Part shown: positions 61,640-64,000 of the stretch, piece by piece
Layout of the letters: every line of letters starts with the position of its first letter
Numbering within the stretch: position 1 is the first letter of the stretch
Origin: Eledone cirrhosa
Lineage: Eukaryota
Assembly (NCBI GenBank): GCA_964016885.1
Contig: OZ024742.1
Span: 343,294,001-343,358,000, forward strand
DNA length: 64,000 bases
Direction of reading: 5' to 3'
The notes under the pieces: generated by a model
What the model was told of the DNA's origin: nothing
What the model saw: only the letters and a program-made list of their open reading frames with translations
Database searches by the model: none
Made by a program: the position numbers and the translations under genes

Positions 61640-64000
61640 TTACCCTAACACTTGCACTCACACAGGCTCTAACAGTGAACTTAGCGCTAACATGAAAACA
61701 AACACAAACACAAAATCTGAAAACTAACATTAAATAGAAAACTAACCTGAACACTAACACTAACCTGAACACCAGCACTAAAACTAACACTACCGTAAAC
61801 ACTAATACAAACACTAACACTAACCTGAACACTTACACTAAAACTAACATTAGCACAAACATTAGCCTGAACACTAGCACTAAAACTAACACTACCATAA
61901 ACACTAACATTGACCTGAGTATTAACACTAAAAGTAACACTAACACAAACACTAATCTGAAAACTGATACTAACCAGAAAACTAAGCTAACATTAACTTC
62001 AACACTAAACTAAACACTAACGCTAACAGAAATACTAACACAAATATTAACACAAAAACAAAGACTAACGCTAACACAATCACTAACACTAATGGAAACA
62101 TCAAACACTAATGCTAACAGAGATACTAACACAAATATTAACACAAAAACAAACACTAACACAATCTCTAACACTAAAACTAACATTAACTTGAACACTA
62201 ACACTAACCTGAAAACTAAGCTAACATTAACCTCAACACTAACACAAACACTCATGCTAACACTAACAGAAATACTAATACTAACATTAACACAAAAACA
62301 AAGACTAACGCTAACACAATCACTAACACTAATGGAAACATTAATCACTAATGCTAACAGAGATACTAACACAATCTCTAACACTAACCTTAACACTAAA
62401 ACTAACATTAACACTTACACTAAAACTAACATTAACCTAAACACTAGCACTTAACACTACCATAAACAGTAACACAAACACTAACACTGATCTGAGCACT
62501 AACAGTAACACTAACACTACCATAAAAACTAACACTAGAAAAACACTAACACTAACACTAAAACTGATACTAACCAGAAAACTAAGCTAACATTAACCTC
62601 AACACTAAAACAAACACTAACATTAACAGAAAAACAAAGACTAGCACTAACACTAATGGAAACACTAACACAAACATTAACACAAAATAAAACACTAACA
62701 CTAATGGAAAAAATAAAACTAACACTACCGTAAACACTAACACTAACAAAAATGCTAACACTAATACAAAATCAAACACTAACACGAACACTAATGGAAA
62801 CACTAACACCAACGCTGACACTGACAAAGATGCCTATGCTGGCACAAACGCTTGCGCAAATATTGACACTATCGCTTACGCTGACACAAACACTAACGTG
62901 AATACTGATGCAGGTGCAAGGGCGAATGCTGACAAAAACTCTGACACACACACTGATGTAAATGCTACACAGACTCTAACGCTGACGTGGACACTGACAC
63001 AAATGCTCACGCTGATGCAAACACTAAAGCAAATGCAGACACTAATGCAAACACAGACGCAAATGTTGATGCAGATGTTAAAACAAACGCAAATGCTGAC
63101 GCAAACGATGACAGCGATGCTAATGTGAACCTTAACGCAGACGTAAACATTGACGTAGAAGCTAAAGAAAATACTGATGCAAACACTAATGAAAATGCTG
63201 ACACAGACGCTAACACACGTTAACACAGATGCTAACGTAAACACTTACGCAGATGCTAATATAAACACTGACGCAGACGCTGACACAGCTGCTAACACAT
63301 GTTGACGTTAACGTAAACGATGACGCAGACGCAAATGTAAACGCTGACCCTGATGTAGATGTAAATACAGACGCTGACGTAGAAGCTAACACAAACGCTG
63401 ACACAGACACTAATGTAAGCGCTGACGTAGATGCTGACGTAGAAGCTAACGTAAACGATGACGTAGTTGTTAACGTAGAAGCAGGCGTAGAAGTTAGCGT
63501 TTACCCTTACCGCCGAAGCTGATCTCCAAAACGCAATTGCTGATGCGGATTGCTGAAGCCAAAGCCAAGCTAACGCTGACGCAAATGTTGAGGCAGTTTT
63601 GCCGGCGCTGACGCAAATGCTGATGCGGACGCTAGGGCTAAGGCTAACGCTAACGCTGACGCAAATGCTGAAGTTAACGCTTACATGGGATATGCAGACG
63701 CTGCAATGATGCGGACGCCACAGGAAAGGTTAATGGAAACGCTAATGCTAACGGAAACGCTGACGTAGACGTTACGGAAATACTGACGTAGAAGCTAATG
63801 TACACGCTGACACAGATGCTAACGTAAATACTGATGTAGAAGCTAACAGAAATACTGACGTAGAAGCTAATGTACACGCTGACACAGATGCTAACGTAAA
63901 TACTGATATAGATGCTAACGTAAATACTGATGTAGAAGCTAACGGAAACACTGATATAGATGCTAACGTAAACACTGACACAGACGCTAACGGAAATGCT
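61640..64000. repeat. Long degenerate hexamer-based array grading from (ACACTA)n to (ACGCTG/ATGCTG)n with 18/72-bp periodicity at the right end
   Basis: Direct inspection; aatactgacgtagaagctaatgtacac at 63779 and 63851. Confidence 0.85.

Overview
AT-rich, microsatellite-dense eukaryotic (animal) DNA; the repeat landscape resembles octopus/cephalopod genomes, which is an inference. One host gene can be assembled on the + strand from six phase-consistent GT-AG exons (1505-29839, ~1100 aa, 5' end outside the window). It encodes a probable type II membrane/coiled-coil protein with CCPG1/PBXIP1-like architecture. Roughly half of the window is RTE-clade LINE sequence: two young subfamilies (here called A and B) plus older fragments. 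Other repeats include tRNA-derived SINEs, a Penelope-like GIY-YIG fragment, Penelope-type minimal hammerhead ribozymes, remnants of Merlin, mariner, hAT and R4/Dong-like elements, TTAA MITEs, minisatellites and long palindromes. The most notable observations are: a C4HC3 PHD finger inserted inside the RT domain of these RTEs; tandem 400-570 bp monomers at the 5' ends of the full-length copies; a frameshift shared by independent RTE-B copies that splits endonuclease and RT into overlapping ORFs; (TA)n-associated insertion; and inverted near-identical LINE pairs bracketing the in-frame transmembrane exon. All alignments were done by eye, so repeat boundaries are approximate.
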